From assembly GCA_965153285.1 (NCBI GenBank), contig OZ229113.1: 64,000 nt of DNA; one strand, 5' to 3'. Positions within the stretch are counted from its first letter, which is position 1. Every line of letters starts with the position of its first letter. Of the stretch, positions 1-14,928 are shown one piece after another. This stretch comes from Podarcis tiliguerta (taxonomy: Eukaryota). The notes under the pieces were generated by a model, which did no database searches, was not told where the DNA came from, and saw only the letters and a program-made list of their open reading frames with translations. A program made the position numbers and the translations under genes.

Positions 1-588
1 ATGTTGGCATCGGACAAATAAGAGGATACTTTCAGTGCCTCTGTTTGGATACTATCATGTAGTAGCAGTGTCCAGATCAGATTGAAGACAATGTTGTTTA
101 TCTGCAAATGCCTTGCAAAGCAAGTCCATAACAAACTGCAGTTAGCCTACGCAGAAGAGCTCCACCAGATGGCATGGCATTTGTTTCACTCCCATGGCAT
201 GACCTTCAAATGATATCTGTGTTGTGCTTAGTTTTGATTCGGCCTGAATCTTACACTGCTTGCCCTCAGTTGCTTTTCCTGCTGCTTTAAGTTTCTTAGC
301 AATTCAGTTACTAAGGAGTAGCACCTTACAAAAGTGTGAGAAGAGAATGCCTAGCTGCCACAGCACTGTAGCCATACTCAACTTTTGATTTCATATATCA
401 ACCATTCTGTCACCAGAGTGATCTTTAGTGTCAATGGATAAATCCTCCAAATAATTCTGTAAAGCCAAAGGATCCATCAGTTTCTGGCATGAACTGAGAC
501 TACTCAGGCCTACATAAGGTTGTGGTCAATTCCTGACAAAATGTATTACAACGATACCCTTATACCCTGGCTACCTAAATCTAGGACG

Positions 589-669
589 CTGTTGTTGTTT
601 AGTCGTGTCCAACTCTTCATGACCCCATGGAGCAGAGCACCCCAGGCACTTCTGTCTTCCACTGCCTCC
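589..669 (-). mobile_element. Bov-B LINE/Sauria-SINE 3' tail fragment
   Basis: Reverse complement of ...CATGGGGTCATGAAGAGTTGGACACGACTAAACAACAAC, the Bov-B 3' end. Confidence 0.8.
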
Positions 670-1593
670 TGCTACACAACACTTAATCAAGAGTGTATCC
701 TGCCTTCTGTGTGTGGTTTCTAATTAATTAATTAAACTTACGCCCTAGTCTTCCTCTGAGGAGCTCAGGGCAACTTATATATGGTTCTTAGTCAGCACCC
801 CACCAAGGCAGCTTCCAAGATCATACTTGTTAGACTTCAGTAGCAGAAATGCATCCTATAATCTTAGGCCATTATCTGGGTTTGTAACACATCAGCATAG
901 CCAAATGATTGTCATAGCAGCCATGAAGTTCCTGCTAAAGGCTTGATAATAGCAAACCTGAAGACCAGGTCTGTAATTAAGAAGTCTCTAAGATAAAATC
1001 TCAGTCTCAGCCTTATCCTATATGTGGATATAGTCTGTACTGGGTATCTACTAAAAGGAAGGCTACCACTGTGACCAGGTGGAACAAACTGGACCACTAT
1101 GGATTAAGCAGCAGTCCATCCTGCTTTTGGCAATGCGAATGAAATCAAGGCCTTCCTTCGTGTTTAGACTATGAAGGTCATGTAATTTAAGTTTGGTTTA
1201 CAGATCACCCTGCTATTGGAGGATTGTGTTCATGAGAGTTGCCCCAGGAGCTCCCTCCTGTCATCAATCATGACAGTCGGTAGCCGTGGCAGGATGAGAG
1301 GCTTTGAGAAACTGGAGTACCTTCTGCCATGCCCTGTGCTGTGACAGATGAAAAGAGCCACAGCTGTCAAAGTGCTGCTTCGCCCCTGCCTTAGCTCCTC
1401 TCAGCAGCTGCAGCTATCTTTTAAAGCAGCAATAACTCATTTGACTCCATGGTGGCTGCTGGTGTGGTAAACAAGGAATTGGTGCTTTGAAAAGGGTCAT
1501 CAAAAATTCGAATGTGAAAGCTGGGAAATGAATTTTAATCTGTCCTGCAAAAAAAAAAATGGTGGGGGAGATTATGTTAAAGATAAATATTAA

Positions 1594-1875
<282 letters not shown>

Positions 1876-4800
1876 TAACTTAAAAAATCCAGACATTGAA
1901 GCGTAAGAAAGCATAAGCGCTAAACAGATACTGGTGAATAAACAATATATGGGAAAAGCAATGGTTAGCATAAGTTGAATATGGAAAATGTGCTGAAGCA
2001 TCTGGGGCAAGATCTGCCTCTTGGAGACGGTGTTAGGTAATCTGAGATGTTGTACAAGAATGTTTTTGCAGCTGTACAGAATTTGCATATGCAGTTGAAC
2101 TTCCAAGAAAATACAGTGCTCTTAAGAAATAAAACAGTTTTAATAAGTTTAACATTATGCATATCTTTAGAGAGTTAGTGTAATTTATTACATTTGATGC
2201 TTCTCACATCTGAGGAAGTCTCAAAGGGAATTAGCAAAAAGAAAGAGACTGGGTACATCATGGATTTCATTACAATGAAACTGAAAATTATGCATATTTT
2301 CATCTACTGTATGTTTGCGTTTAGGGGGTTTATATTTTAAGTTTTTGTGTTAAGACATTTCGGTCTAATGTGACTGTGGGCACTGTATTTGTGATGAAGA
2401 TGTATTGTGGTACTCTGACACTCAGACAATTAAGCGTTATAGGGCACTTCCAAATTCTGGAACTTGCTTAAATATACAATTTGTTGTATATTTTTCATTC
2501 CTTTGCTATAGTTGAAGGAAGGGATTTTTGTTTTTAAGGAGTTTGGGAAAGGGCTATAGAAGAAAGGGTGGGAAATTAGGGACAACCTAGGTACAGTTTC
2601 TGTTGTGGGGCAGGGGAGGAGAGGAGCAATGAACATGACTGAGACTGAGGAGTTTCGATATCTTGAATGTGTCAGTTCCAGGTTCTCACCAAATTTGGAA
2701 ATATTTCACCAGAACTGTGCACACATTTTGAGACACACACACCCAGACTCTACATTTGGGGGCTATTCTCTAAAATATATTATATGAATGCAGCAGTGAA
2801 AATTCCTGTAAATCCTTCCCCCTTGCTTTTCATGCTAACATAGACACCTCCCACTTTGTCCTTCAGTGTCCTATGCACAGTTGGAAATAGTATCTAAGCA
2901 TTAGATACAATGTATTGTGAGTGGGCATCCATTGGTGCAACAGAACGGATATTTTTTATAGTCGAGCTACACTGACAAATAGAAAAGGACAGTGCAAATA
3001 TTCATAAGGGTTGCTTGTATATTAAAGACAAAAGTTCCTTTCATATTTATTAGCATAATTATTTCTATTCTATATGTTTTGCTCCAAGCTCCTAAAATTA
3101 GGACTGTGCCTGTTCACTTGTTTGTTTTAAAAATATTTAAGTTTTTTACAAAAACAAGTTGAAGATTAATAGCAATAGTCAAAGTGTGAAAATATAGTCT
3201 GCATACATATTCCAGTGTGTGGTAATAAGCTCCTGTGTATAACATCAAATCTTCATATGAGAACACAAGCTGTTCCCCCATGGCCTGCAAACTCGTGTCA
3301 CCTGAATGATAGATTGAAATCTACTGTGAATGTTTTTCTGAAGTGGATTTTCCCACACACCACTCTGTACTATTCTGCTGTGTTAGTTACCAATATAAAG
3401 CGCCATAATGTACTTCAAAATGGACCATTACCTAGATGGATCTGCCTTGTGAAAAAACTGTTACAATACAATCAGAGGCAGTGAATTCAGTAAGACTTCC
3501 TTCTACATTGTTCTTAGGATTAGTGCATTTTAATTTAGTATGGGCAGGCAATTTGGAAATTGCTTCATATTGCCGGTGGGGTGCATTTCCTTGCAGAGAG
3601 TCTTATGAAAAACTCAAATGTGTTTAAGGTAACAGGAATAAAATTCAAACAGTAAATGTTTCAAATTGGAAAGGCCCAATCTATCTGAGGTAAACGGTGT
3701 TAAGTCCGATTGATTTCAGCAGAGAGATTTAAGCATGTGCTTAACTCACCCTCTGAAATGAATGGGATTTAACAGCACTTCATTTGAACTATCGTACTTC
3801 ATGCCCCCAATTCACCTAATATTCTAGGTTTGGTGGGGATTGGTCCATTCATAATTTATGGAATCTAGGAGGAGTCCAGTATTTATTATGATGATGAGTC
3901 ACAATAAATTGTAGGTAGTTGTACATGTATTTTAAATCTGAGGCAATAACAAGTAAGTAAATAGGCAAAAATGGAGCCATATAACTTGGATACCTGATTT
4001 GTGTGTCATTATCTTCTTGCCTGTTTCTTGTGCTTTGGGTGAATGAGTGGTCCTGTCCCTACTACAGTCTCTTATCAAAGAGAATTTGAAACTACTGGCT
4101 GATGGCAGAAACTTTCTGGGTGTCAGACACCAATCCCCCAAAATAAATCCAGAGTTCTTTGTGCTTTGCTGCTACCATAGAGATTGTCAGGACCCCTCAA
4201 TCTGTGTGTTTTTAATATATTTGGGTTTTTTAAAAATGCTATGGAATCTGTAGCGTACAGGCCAGTTGCTAAAACCACCTCTGCAACCCTTCCTCCCTTA
4301 ATTCTTTCACGCCCCATTGTTCCACCTTTTCCTTTCAATTACTCAACCTTTGCACATGCGCAACATCTCATTCTCAGTACTGATGGGGAGGCATGTTGCT
4401 GCCTTGTTAGTAATGTGTTTTTTAATTTTTTAAAAATACAACTTATAAATGGTGTCCTCCAAACAAACCAGATGGCTAGACACATACTTCACAAGGAAGG
4501 GAAAGCTCTTTAAAATAAGTTCCAAAATTCAAACTTTATTTATTTTTCTCCTCCCTTTGAGTGATATCCAATGGTGCATTTCCACAATTGGAAGGAATCA
4601 TTCCTTTTGCAGAAGCATCTTTGATATAGTGGAGACCTCCACTGGCAGAAGAGAAGAGGGAATTATAAGTCTGTGAAGCGGATTTAAGCATTCAGGGGGA
4701 AAGGGCATTCTATCCTACAAAAAATGGGGAGGAAATAGTCCTCTAGATCAAACTGTTCCCTGAATGGAAGGACACCATGGAATTCAACCCTGTATTTATA

Positions 4801-7344
4801 GTGTATAGGCAGTATTTCCTACCTTCTCTCCTATTTCTGCTATCTCTGAATTCCTTTTTATCCTAGTTATTTTAGAAATTCTCGCCATGAGGCTCATTCT
4901 TGCCCATCAATATCTACAGCTAATTTGAAGTGCAGGTTATTACTTCTAAGTTTTATTTTAAAATTATAAAGTAAGAGTGGAATCTAGTGCTCTGTGAGTG
5001 GACTTCCAGTTGCACACAGAAGCATTGGCTACAACCTTGAATTTATAAAGGCCAAGTGTTGTGGGTTTCTTTTCTCTAAACACCAGACCATAGGCATATT
5101 CAATTATTCGTCTGGTAATGCCAATGACAGCAACTTACAGGACAGAGCCAAGTTTTTATAAAACATGCTTATCATTTAACGTGATTTATTTGCCTTGTGT
5201 TTAGACTATTGCATGGTGAAGTTTATTTTGTGCATATACTTTTATTTTACTAATATATTATGAGCCATATTTCAATGACCCCTGTACATTTTTCATGCTG
5301 TCTTAATCCCAATGGCCTCTGTGCATGTAAGTAACCTGTCAAGTGACAATGCCTCTTTATTTGCTTCTTACGGTTTCCTTTCAATAACTCCTTTTCTTTG
5401 TTAGCTAGAAGTGTAGAAGTGTTTAAAAGTTCAGTCTGTAAATGTGTCCATGTACTCCTGAATTTGTGTTTAAAAAGTCATTTCTTCATTTCTGTTGGAA
5501 ACCCTGAAATTATTAGTGGTCATGATTATTTACCAGAATGTTTTATTCTGTTTGTTTTGTAGTTAAGGAACTGTGTTCAGTTTTCACTAAGGGTGGTTCT
5601 ACTCTTAGCAAATATAGCAAGGGCCTGAAAAGTACTACCGGGTGACCATTTTTATTCTTATTAGCATGATATATTATTTTGGGGAGCTGGAGTTAAGTTT
5701 TTCAGAAGGGAAAATTTTTAGGGCTTAATATTACTAGTTACTGACATAGGTGGGATATTGTAGAACAAGCTCTTTGATTTTAATAACCTGAGGATATAAC
5801 TGACACACGTTCTTGGTACATGGCAATATAAGTTCTTGAGATATGTTTAGGGATAGCTCTGAAGAAATGTTAAATATGTAAATATTAAAAAATACCTAGA
5901 ATTTGCCTGGAAATGTTTTTGAAACTAAAATGTTTTGCTTGCTGAAGTAGATATTGGCTTTTAATTCATCAAGTGTTTATCCCCACCTTTTGATCTCAAG
6001 GGACACCTCTGCCACCGTAGCAGCTATATGGGGTGTGGGGTTTATTTTTTAAAAAACAAAACTGAATGCTTTCTAACATTCTTGACATAATATTGCTGTT
6101 CCTGGAGATAGATTTGGTCCAAACGTAGCCTTCCACAAATGAAAGGGGACCTTCAGCTGGCCAAAATGGGCTGAGATCCAGTGGAGACTTCCCTTGGAAG
6201 AAGGGGAGGACGTAATTGTCACTCATTTCCCCACTCCCTCTGCAACTCTCCTAGCCCCTCCTCATGCTCTTCGGAGGCTTTCCTGATCCTCCAGAGCAGC
6301 TTGTTGGGAGGAAGGCAGAGGAGGCTGCCTGGAGAATGGGAAAACTGACCAATGACAGCAGGAGAGTACTATGGACAGAATTACACCTGCAGTTAATCTG
6401 GATCCACCCACTGACTGTGCTGTCCTGTCCTGGAAATACGTCTTTCCAGCTTTTCGGGGACATATGACTGAAAAAATGTTTGGATGTCCTGGTTCTGAAT
6501 CTAAATTTAAAATGGTACTCTGATTAAAGTTAAGCCATGCATACTGTTAGGTCCTCCCTTTTTTTTCAAAATCATAGTAGACAATGTTTAATAGAATGGC
6601 TTCTTCACTATTAACATCATCATAATTTAGTTATTCAAATATACCATTACAATTGGCCTAAATCCTTCAGCTGACAATTGTTTTCTACAGAAATTATTAA
6701 AGCACCAGAAACCTGTCATTATTGGCCACAAGTAAGGACAGGGTTTTTAATTTGATTTGCTGCATCATAGCAATTGACAGTGGTTTGAGATCGCATTGCA
6801 GTAAACATAAGGAAAATTGAGAACCTTTACTAGAGTCATATTTTATTAAATGCTTGAATTATGGTGGTGGCTTTATAGTGTGCCGTGAAGCCATCCTCTG
6901 TCATCAGATCTTTACTCACCTTCTGAAATTTAGAGAGCATGTTAATATAAAATTAGCACTTCTGTGTGAAGAGAACTCTACTTACAATTAATCTGATAAA
7001 TGTACATGGAAGAGTAAGTAAAACAATAAAACCAAACAATTTAATGCATTTCCATAGTTTTGATAAAATCAAAATCTTTATTGTCTGTGTAAGTAGATGT
7101 TCTCATATTTGTATTCATCTTTCTACAAACTTTATTGCTCACTTTCAGGAATCCCAGAATTTTCCAGAAGCACTAATTTTTTGTAACGTGCATAGTGCAT
7201 GATCTCAAATTCTTAAGCATGCAATTTGAAATATGATCTTAATATTGAAGCAAAATTAGTTTGTTTAATAAATTGAAAGAAGGAAATGGATGGTTAAAAT
7301 ATTGGTTTAGCTTATAAATTTGGCATTTGTGGAAAATTAGGTAG

Positions 7345-7512
<168 letters not shown>

Positions 7513-7549
7513 TAAACAACATAATTTTGAATTTCTGTGATAATATTAA

Positions 7550-7651
<102 letters not shown>

Positions 7652-9398
7652 TAACTGTGTTATGAGGCAGATAGCTGCATATTAACTACTTATTATGATA
7701 TACCTAATTTGTTACTTTCCAACAATTGTAATTTGATTAAAAGCTAAATATAGTGGTTGTTTTCAGAGTTCCTCTACCAACTCCATCAAGTCCCTTGCCG
7801 CCTGCTTCATTTTGTGCATTCTGTAAACCATGTATGGAATATGGCCTGAATTTACTGTACACTGGAAACAATCCCCAGGCTGTTTGCAATGCTTCAGTCA
7901 GAGGTTGACCATAACTAATGCGCAACTTTTATGTTGGGAACCGCCCTGCGATCTACAGATGAAAGGCAGTATACAGATTTAATTAATTAATAATATACAT
8001 TGTTGTGCAATAAGCAGAGCGCAAATACATTGCAAGAGACGACTGCAGGAGAAAGTGCTGCATAAAGAACGCACCTGATAGTTAAGAAGGCAATTTCTCT
8101 TTCTCTCTACACCCAGTAGAGATCATTGATCAAACCAACATGAGAGGAACTGCCTCCTGGAAACACTTCCAGCTTTTTTGTGTGCCCTTTCAATCATAAG
8201 GCTGAAAATAAATTTTCTGTCCTTTTCCTGACCGCAAAACCCTTGGCTGTGTTTTTTGGAACACATTTCAATACAGACATTTCAACTTTTCCTTTCTCTG
8301 CATCCTAACCCCAATCTCAGAGCAGCAACTTGAGCCACGTACACCAATCATCTGAAGTAGTAGAAGGCAGCTTCTGCTGTCTGTCCCAATATTTTCTACT
8401 CTGTCAGCTGCTCTCCAGGATCTCAGGAAGGAATATTTCACATCATCTACTACCGGAGATTGCCTACAACTATCTTCTGTGTGCAAAATTATGTTATTTA
8501 TTCATTGCCCTTATGCCCAAGCACCCAGGGTGGTTTACAGTTTAAAAGGCCTACAACAAATGATACAGTATGTAAAGCAGGCTTGGGGGGTGGGGAGACT
8601 GCTTGACCTCATGTTCTCTGTGCCTCACCCTCTTCTTCCTCCTCACGGGGGTTTTGTGTCTGGCCCCTGGGTGGTCCACCTAGAGCAAGCCCAAGCCTAA
8701 GCCAACTTTTCATACTGTATCATTTATTGTCTTTGCCCTCTTTTTCTCCTCATAGGGCAGATGGTGTCTATTGGCTCTGTAAGTGAGGGGGGACACCCCA
8801 GCTAGAGTGGGCCTTGACAACAAGCAATGGGCATTGCAGAATTGTAATGGGGATTATAGCATTATGTAGTTTCAAGTGTAGCTTCTTTCATATACCCCTT
8901 CCAGCTGACTGTGGAAGTGGAATACCTCAACAGCACCAAAGAACCCTAGTGCAGAAGCAAAATACTTTCCCTCATAAATTCACACCGTTTTGTGATCTGT
9001 CGTGGCAAATTTAGTCAGTTTTTCCTATTTCCTTCCACCTCCAGCCCTAGCACGACTCCCTGGCTGTCTGCTTCTCACAGTACAAATGTGGAACTTTCAC
9101 GCAGCCACATTTACAATAGATACAGCTATGGATAACTACAACATTAACTTACCTATACGTTTTCTGAGGTTGAGATATTATGAACTGTGGGTAGTAAAAA
9201 TATGGGGCTGCTATACTCGTAATAAAATCATTTTTAAAAAATTATTCTAAAGAATTGCTTTCAGAAGTGTTTTCTTCAGTGTTCTGCAATTTGAAAAACA
9301 TCATTCTTGTTTTCCATCGCATGACAAAACAATGTAAAAATACTGAAATAATTAGTGGTAGTCTTTGCAAATACAAATATATGAAGGTGAAGAATAAT

Positions 9399-9513
9399 GT
9401 TGTCGTTTAGTCATGTCTGACCCTTCGTGACCCCACGGACCAGAGCACGCCAGACACTCCTGTCTTCCACTGCCTCCCGCAGTTTGGTCAGACTCATGTT
9501 AGTTGCTTCGAGA
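9399..9513 (-). mobile_element. Bov-B LINE 3' fragment
   Basis: Same tail as 589-669 and 20932-21150. Confidence 0.8.
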
Positions 9514-9739
9514 AAAATAATAGTCCACCATATTTACTTATGAATGTCTTTGGCATCAGAATATATGGACGGTCTATAATCCTTTGGAGCAAATTTTGAG
9601 GGCATGCAAGGAGCTGCTGCAAAGGGGTTGAGGGGAAGTTGAAGTCCCCTTACATGAGCAGAAGTCTGCTCCATTGCTCATGGACAGCATTGGCAACCAT
9701 CCTGTATGTATGTCTGTATTATAGATTGGGTGTGTATGA

Positions 9740-10036
<297 letters not shown>

Positions 10037-11310
10037 TAACACAGTTTTATTTTTGGCGCTAAATTAACACATTTGATATGTTAATGAGCTTTTCTTCATA
10101 TATGAACTTGATTTTTAAATTGTTGGTATATATGAAAAACATATGACATTTTCCCACAAAATGAATCAGAGCTAACTATGTATCCTTTTTCTGAACATTT
10201 TTGTCTCTTGCAAAAAGAAATATGAAACAAAAAGTCCATCTGCAGTGTGTTTTACATCCCAGGTGGGCCACAAAAGTTTGTGAAAATATTTTCCAAGGGT
10301 GCCCCTAATTATTTAGGCAATCAGGCCAGTACACTGTCTTGTTAGTGGGGTGTAGCCACCTCAGCAACATGGATGTTCCGTACCCATTTAGAATGTGGGT
10401 TGACACATAGCCAAACCTTATTGTCTGTGAAATCATTGCCTTTGCAACATGATCCCTGATCAGCTGGGATCATTCAGGGAAGAGAACCTGGGGAATATAA
10501 AATGCCACTGAATCAGCAGTAGAGGGATAAGCAAGCTGTGAACAGCAGTGGGAAAGGATGCAGCCAAGGGGCTTGTGGGGGAACATTTCCTCTCTAAATA
10601 TTAAAATTTGGCGGGGCTCCTGAAAAGACTTCATACATAGCCCAAAGTGTTTCTTGCTATTTTTCAAGCACTAGTAAGAACAGTTGCAGCCGGAAACAGT
10701 TTTTTAAACTGCAGGTTGTCTTATGAACAATAGGAATTGTGCAGATGGGTTCTCTCATTTGTATAAATTGCAATGATATCAGCTTGAGTACTGGTTTGCA
10801 AAATCTTCAACATCAAACATCAAATACCTACAACTGTTGCGACCTGGTAGTCAGCAGCAGTTACACATACCTGCTATTCCTGGATACCTAGTAGCAAATG
10901 AAAGCCCCTTCACCTAGTTCTCTGCACATCACAGAGAAATCAAAGGTGGTAAAGATCTCTTCCCCTCTTGCTGTCACTCCTAAGTTCTCTAGCCTACTTC
11001 CAAGTGTCACCAATGCCTGATACGAACAGAAAGTCAGAGGACAGGTGGGGGTCAGTGGGAACCACAAATAGTGTCTGCCTGCCAAGCCCAGATAAAATTG
11101 GGGGCCCTTGTATTATATTTTATTTTTTACATTCAGTAGTACCATTGACATAAACGAGTTCTAACAATGCATAGACATTTCGGGCACTGCAAGGTTGGAA
11201 ACACTTGTCAACTTACAATTTGGCTTCCAAAAGGATCCAGAATCATGTTTTGTCTTCAAATGTATTACAATGTATGCCATGCTCCTCCTCCTAAAATATT
11301 CTTTCCTTAG

Positions 11311-11394
11311 GCCCTGAAGGTCCTGAGGACTGCAGAGTTTGCTCCTTTTGTTGTTTTTATCGCTGCACCTACAATTACCCCAGGCATTAACGAG
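11311..11394 (+). CDS. CASK: CASK coding exon (GK domain)
   Basis: [28 protein letters not shown]; ccttag acceptor, gtaaga donor; phase 0-0. Confidence 0.96.
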
Positions 11395-12304
11395 GTAAGA
11401 CTTTTGCAATGAAATCATATTTGTAGAGTACTTAAGAATAGGCACAAACAGAAACTTCATCCCTATTTGACAGAATTTAATGTGATAGATAATAGTGATG
11501 AATGAAATCTTGATGAAGAAATCTTATATTCATTATTGTTTCTCTGTACTGTAATGGAAGTTTAAGACTACGTCCATTCATTCATTTTCCTTTCAAATCA
11601 TCATTTGCATAAATATCCCTTTTTCTTTACCTGTTTTACCTTGTTTTAAAACCTACCTTAAAAGCACATATTTCTAAGGACATGTCTGTACCACTCATTT
11701 CTGCACAGTCGTTCACTGAAAATGCATGAGAGGATGATGGAAGTCTGCCTCTCTGTTTTATGTCCTTGATTGTCCCTAAATAGAAGTTCACATCAAGTTT
11801 CTTTACACACAAGACAGAGAATGGCCTTTTTAAATATATAGATTTAGTTTGGACAATGTCTTGTGATGTGAAGACATTATCAGAGCTTCTTTTCCTTTTA
11901 ATCTTTAAAACAATTTTTAGCATTACTTACATTTATTGGGAAAGTAGGAGTTTGTTTTTTACTTTGTCCAAGCCCAGCTGCTTAAAACTTCCATATAGAT
12001 CTATTTTATTCATTTCATTTTGTATCAAGTGTCAATAGTGTCTAGGTGTAATTGTATATATTTTGGTATTGCATTTTATAAAAAGCAAAATGCTGAACTC
12101 GTGATTCCAAGATGGAGCAAGCACCTGTTCACTGAAATTGTATGACAGAACTGACAAAAGGAGACAGAAATTGAAATAAGTGTAAGATGTGGTGATGTCA
12201 CAGACATATCCTCCTACATGACTGCCCTTGTTTTGTTTATTTTTCTTGAATTATCATTTTTACTTTTCTTCTCATTTTCTTGCACTTGTACTAATTTTAT
12301 CTAG

Positions 12305-12331
12305 CTGCCAAAATGGTGCAGAAAGTTGCCT
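12305..12331 (+). CDS. CASK: candidate 27-nt CASK alternative microexon (LPKWCRKLP)
   Basis: Long pyrimidine tract, ttatctag acceptor, CCT|gtaagt donor, 27 nt with no stop, phase 0-0 matching the flanking exons. Confidence 0.7.
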
Positions 12332-12546
12332 GTAAGTACCAGCTTAGGAACCAATAATATATAATCCTTATTATTTTAAGTTGCACAGTGGAAAGGTGCC
12401 AGACATGGACAGGAACAGGAATTGCATTTCAGTAATGATGTCACAGACCAGTGAATGCACAGGTTACAATCCATGCAGGAGTCTCAGTAACAGTGTATGA
12501 AGGAAATATTTCATTTTCCCAAATATAAAATTATAGTACCTCTATT

Positions 12547-13178
12547 CAGTGCTTCTTTTCTAGAAAAAAAGGGGTGACAGTTTTTACCATGATTCTCTTC
12601 CTCCCTTTTCTCTCTCTCCTGTCTCCCCCCTCCATTAATTAAAGGCCCACTTTGTGTGTCCCTCTCACTTCTCCAACCTCTCCTTCAACCTTGTCCCTTC
12701 TGCTCTTCACACCTACCCAACATCCCACCCTCCCCTTCTCCTTCCTTCCCCGCCTCCCAGCCACCGTCCGCACTCGCCTCTATGGCTTGCCCCAGCCCCA
12801 GAATGGAGGGCGGTGGAGCCTTGTCCGCCTTCTCTCTCTCCCTCCCACCCCGTACACATGCAAAGAGCGAGCAGAGACGAAAGGGAAGTGGCACTCACTC
12901 GCTCAGCAGCTTGCAGCACTGCAAGGCAGCAGCATAGGAGCATGTCCAGGGCAGAAGAGGGGGAATGATGCAACCTGTTGACTGAGAGCAGCAACTCCAG
13001 CCCCAAACAAGGACCTCCTTTTCCTCACTGCCACTGCCTCAGCCTCCTGCTTTTTGCAATCCCCCTTTTAGCCATGCTTGCTTGCTTGCTCTCCCCACCC
13101 TCCATATACCTTATCGCAAGATTGGTGGGGGGGTGCCAGTACTGCATACTGTTGAGTACTGCCAGAAAAAAAGCACTG
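12547..13178. mobile_element. non-autonomous hAT-type DNA transposon
   Basis: TIRs CAGTGCTTCTTTTC / GAAAAAAAGCACTG; degenerate 8-bp TSD cctctatt/cctctgct; GC-rich interior. Confidence 0.65.
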
Positions 13179-13279
13179 CCTCTGCTGATAGGAAAATGTT
13201 ATATCCCTGAAGCCAAAATGCAGCTTCTTGGTAGATACTTAGACTAATGAGGAACAACGGCACTTTCTTTGCCTTACAC

Positions 13280-13415
13280 CAGGCATCCCCAACCTTCAGC
13301 CCTCCAGATGTTTGGGACTACAATTCCCATTATCCCTGACCACTGGTCCTGTTAGCTAGGGATCATGGGAGTTGTAGGCCAAAACATCTGGAGGGCCGCA
13401 GGTTGAAGGTGCCTG
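13280..13415. mobile_element. hAT-Charlie-type MITE
   Basis: Palindromic body (ccctccagatgttt...aaacatctggaggg), perfect 8-bp TSD ccttacac at 13272-13279 and 13416-13423. Confidence 0.9.
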
Positions 13416-14169
13416 CCTTACACCATGATCATTTTAAGGCCCATAGTATCACCAGGGTGTGGCTATAACATGCCTGGCTTCTGAATCCATTGGCTCTGAA
13501 TCTTAGTACTTTTCTGCTTCACCTCCCTTTCCTGATACGTGCCTGTTCAGGAGGAGTGTGGTACAAATGGAAATGACAAGCGCTCAGAGTAAAGCCTCAC
13601 ACAATTTTCTCAGAATGTGTGTTGATCTGTGAATGTTTCCCGTGGTGGCAATTTCATATAGGCCAAAGTAATGAAGAGGGAGCAATATATCTGTGGATTA
13701 GTTGATACCACAGGTCTCATGTTGCTAATGCACAATACCCAAACTAGAAGCTCTTTGTGTCCATAGGCTGCTCCTATTGGAGGGAGCAGAGTTGTCCCTG
13801 GGAAGGCAACACCAGCATTTATAGGTTTAGGGCACATGTGGGATACATACGGCTCTCTGGTTGTTGGTCATGCTGGCTGGAGTTGATGGGAGTTGAAAAT
13901 CCAACATCTGAAAGACCACAGGTTCCCCACACTTTTAAAGGGTTTGCAAAAGTGTGCACATCAGAAAAAACTTAATATGATCCTGTAATGGTTTCACAAC
14001 TTCCCTGTTCTCTAATACACTTTAGTAGTTCATGTGTACCAGAGAGCATACAATGTATTCCTTTTAGTCAACACCATCTACCAATTCGTTGTGAATAAAG
14101 GAACTTCCAGTTTGTGTGAATTAAGCGATTTCACAAGGGCCGCCCCATTCATTTAAATAAGGGGGCGAC

Positions 14170-14290
14170 TAACATGTAGCCCTCCAGACATTTCAGGACT
14201 GCAGCTCCCATCATCCCTGACCCTTGGCCATGCTAGCTGTGACTGATGGGAGTTGGAATCCAATAACATCTGCAAGGCCACAGGTTCGCT
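14170..14290. mobile_element. degenerate copy of the same hAT MITE (others near 13855-13930, 33770-33900, 53950-54066)
   Basis: ccctccagac...ctcccatcatccctga...gatgggagttg...acatctg core. Confidence 0.7.
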
Positions 14291-14661
14291 CCACCCCCAC
14301 TCACCCCCAATTTAGAAAGAGACAACAGAATCATGCTCATGTTCCTTTATGCGTGCAGATCTGTTTCTTTCACTGAAATGAATTAGATTGCTCATGTGCC
14401 TTAATCAAATCAATGCATAACAGAAGACAAATAGCTTGTATGTGGTGTGTTGTCTTTAATGACATAGCCCTCCATACCCCTTGGTCCTTGTTTATGCTGA
14501 TCCTTTTTTCTCATCTTCATTCCTTGTCCATTCAAGTCTCCCTGAAAGTAGATAAGTGTATGGTTGTGTTGTGAGAAACCTGACTATGGCAAACTGTATA
14601 ACAAATTAAGTGGAATTTGGCATTTATTACGGTACTAAATCACTGACAAATTTTTAGGTAA

Positions 14662-14928
<267 letters not shown>

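Noticed and set aside
11709-11729. Possible alternative CASK terminal exon (SFTENA-stop after ctgcacag)
   Set aside because: Only a modest acceptor and no nearby canonical poly(A) signal; insufficient support
12652-13247. Stacked ORFs in five frames
   Set aside because: They lie mostly inside a GC-rich non-autonomous DNA transposon; no domain similarity
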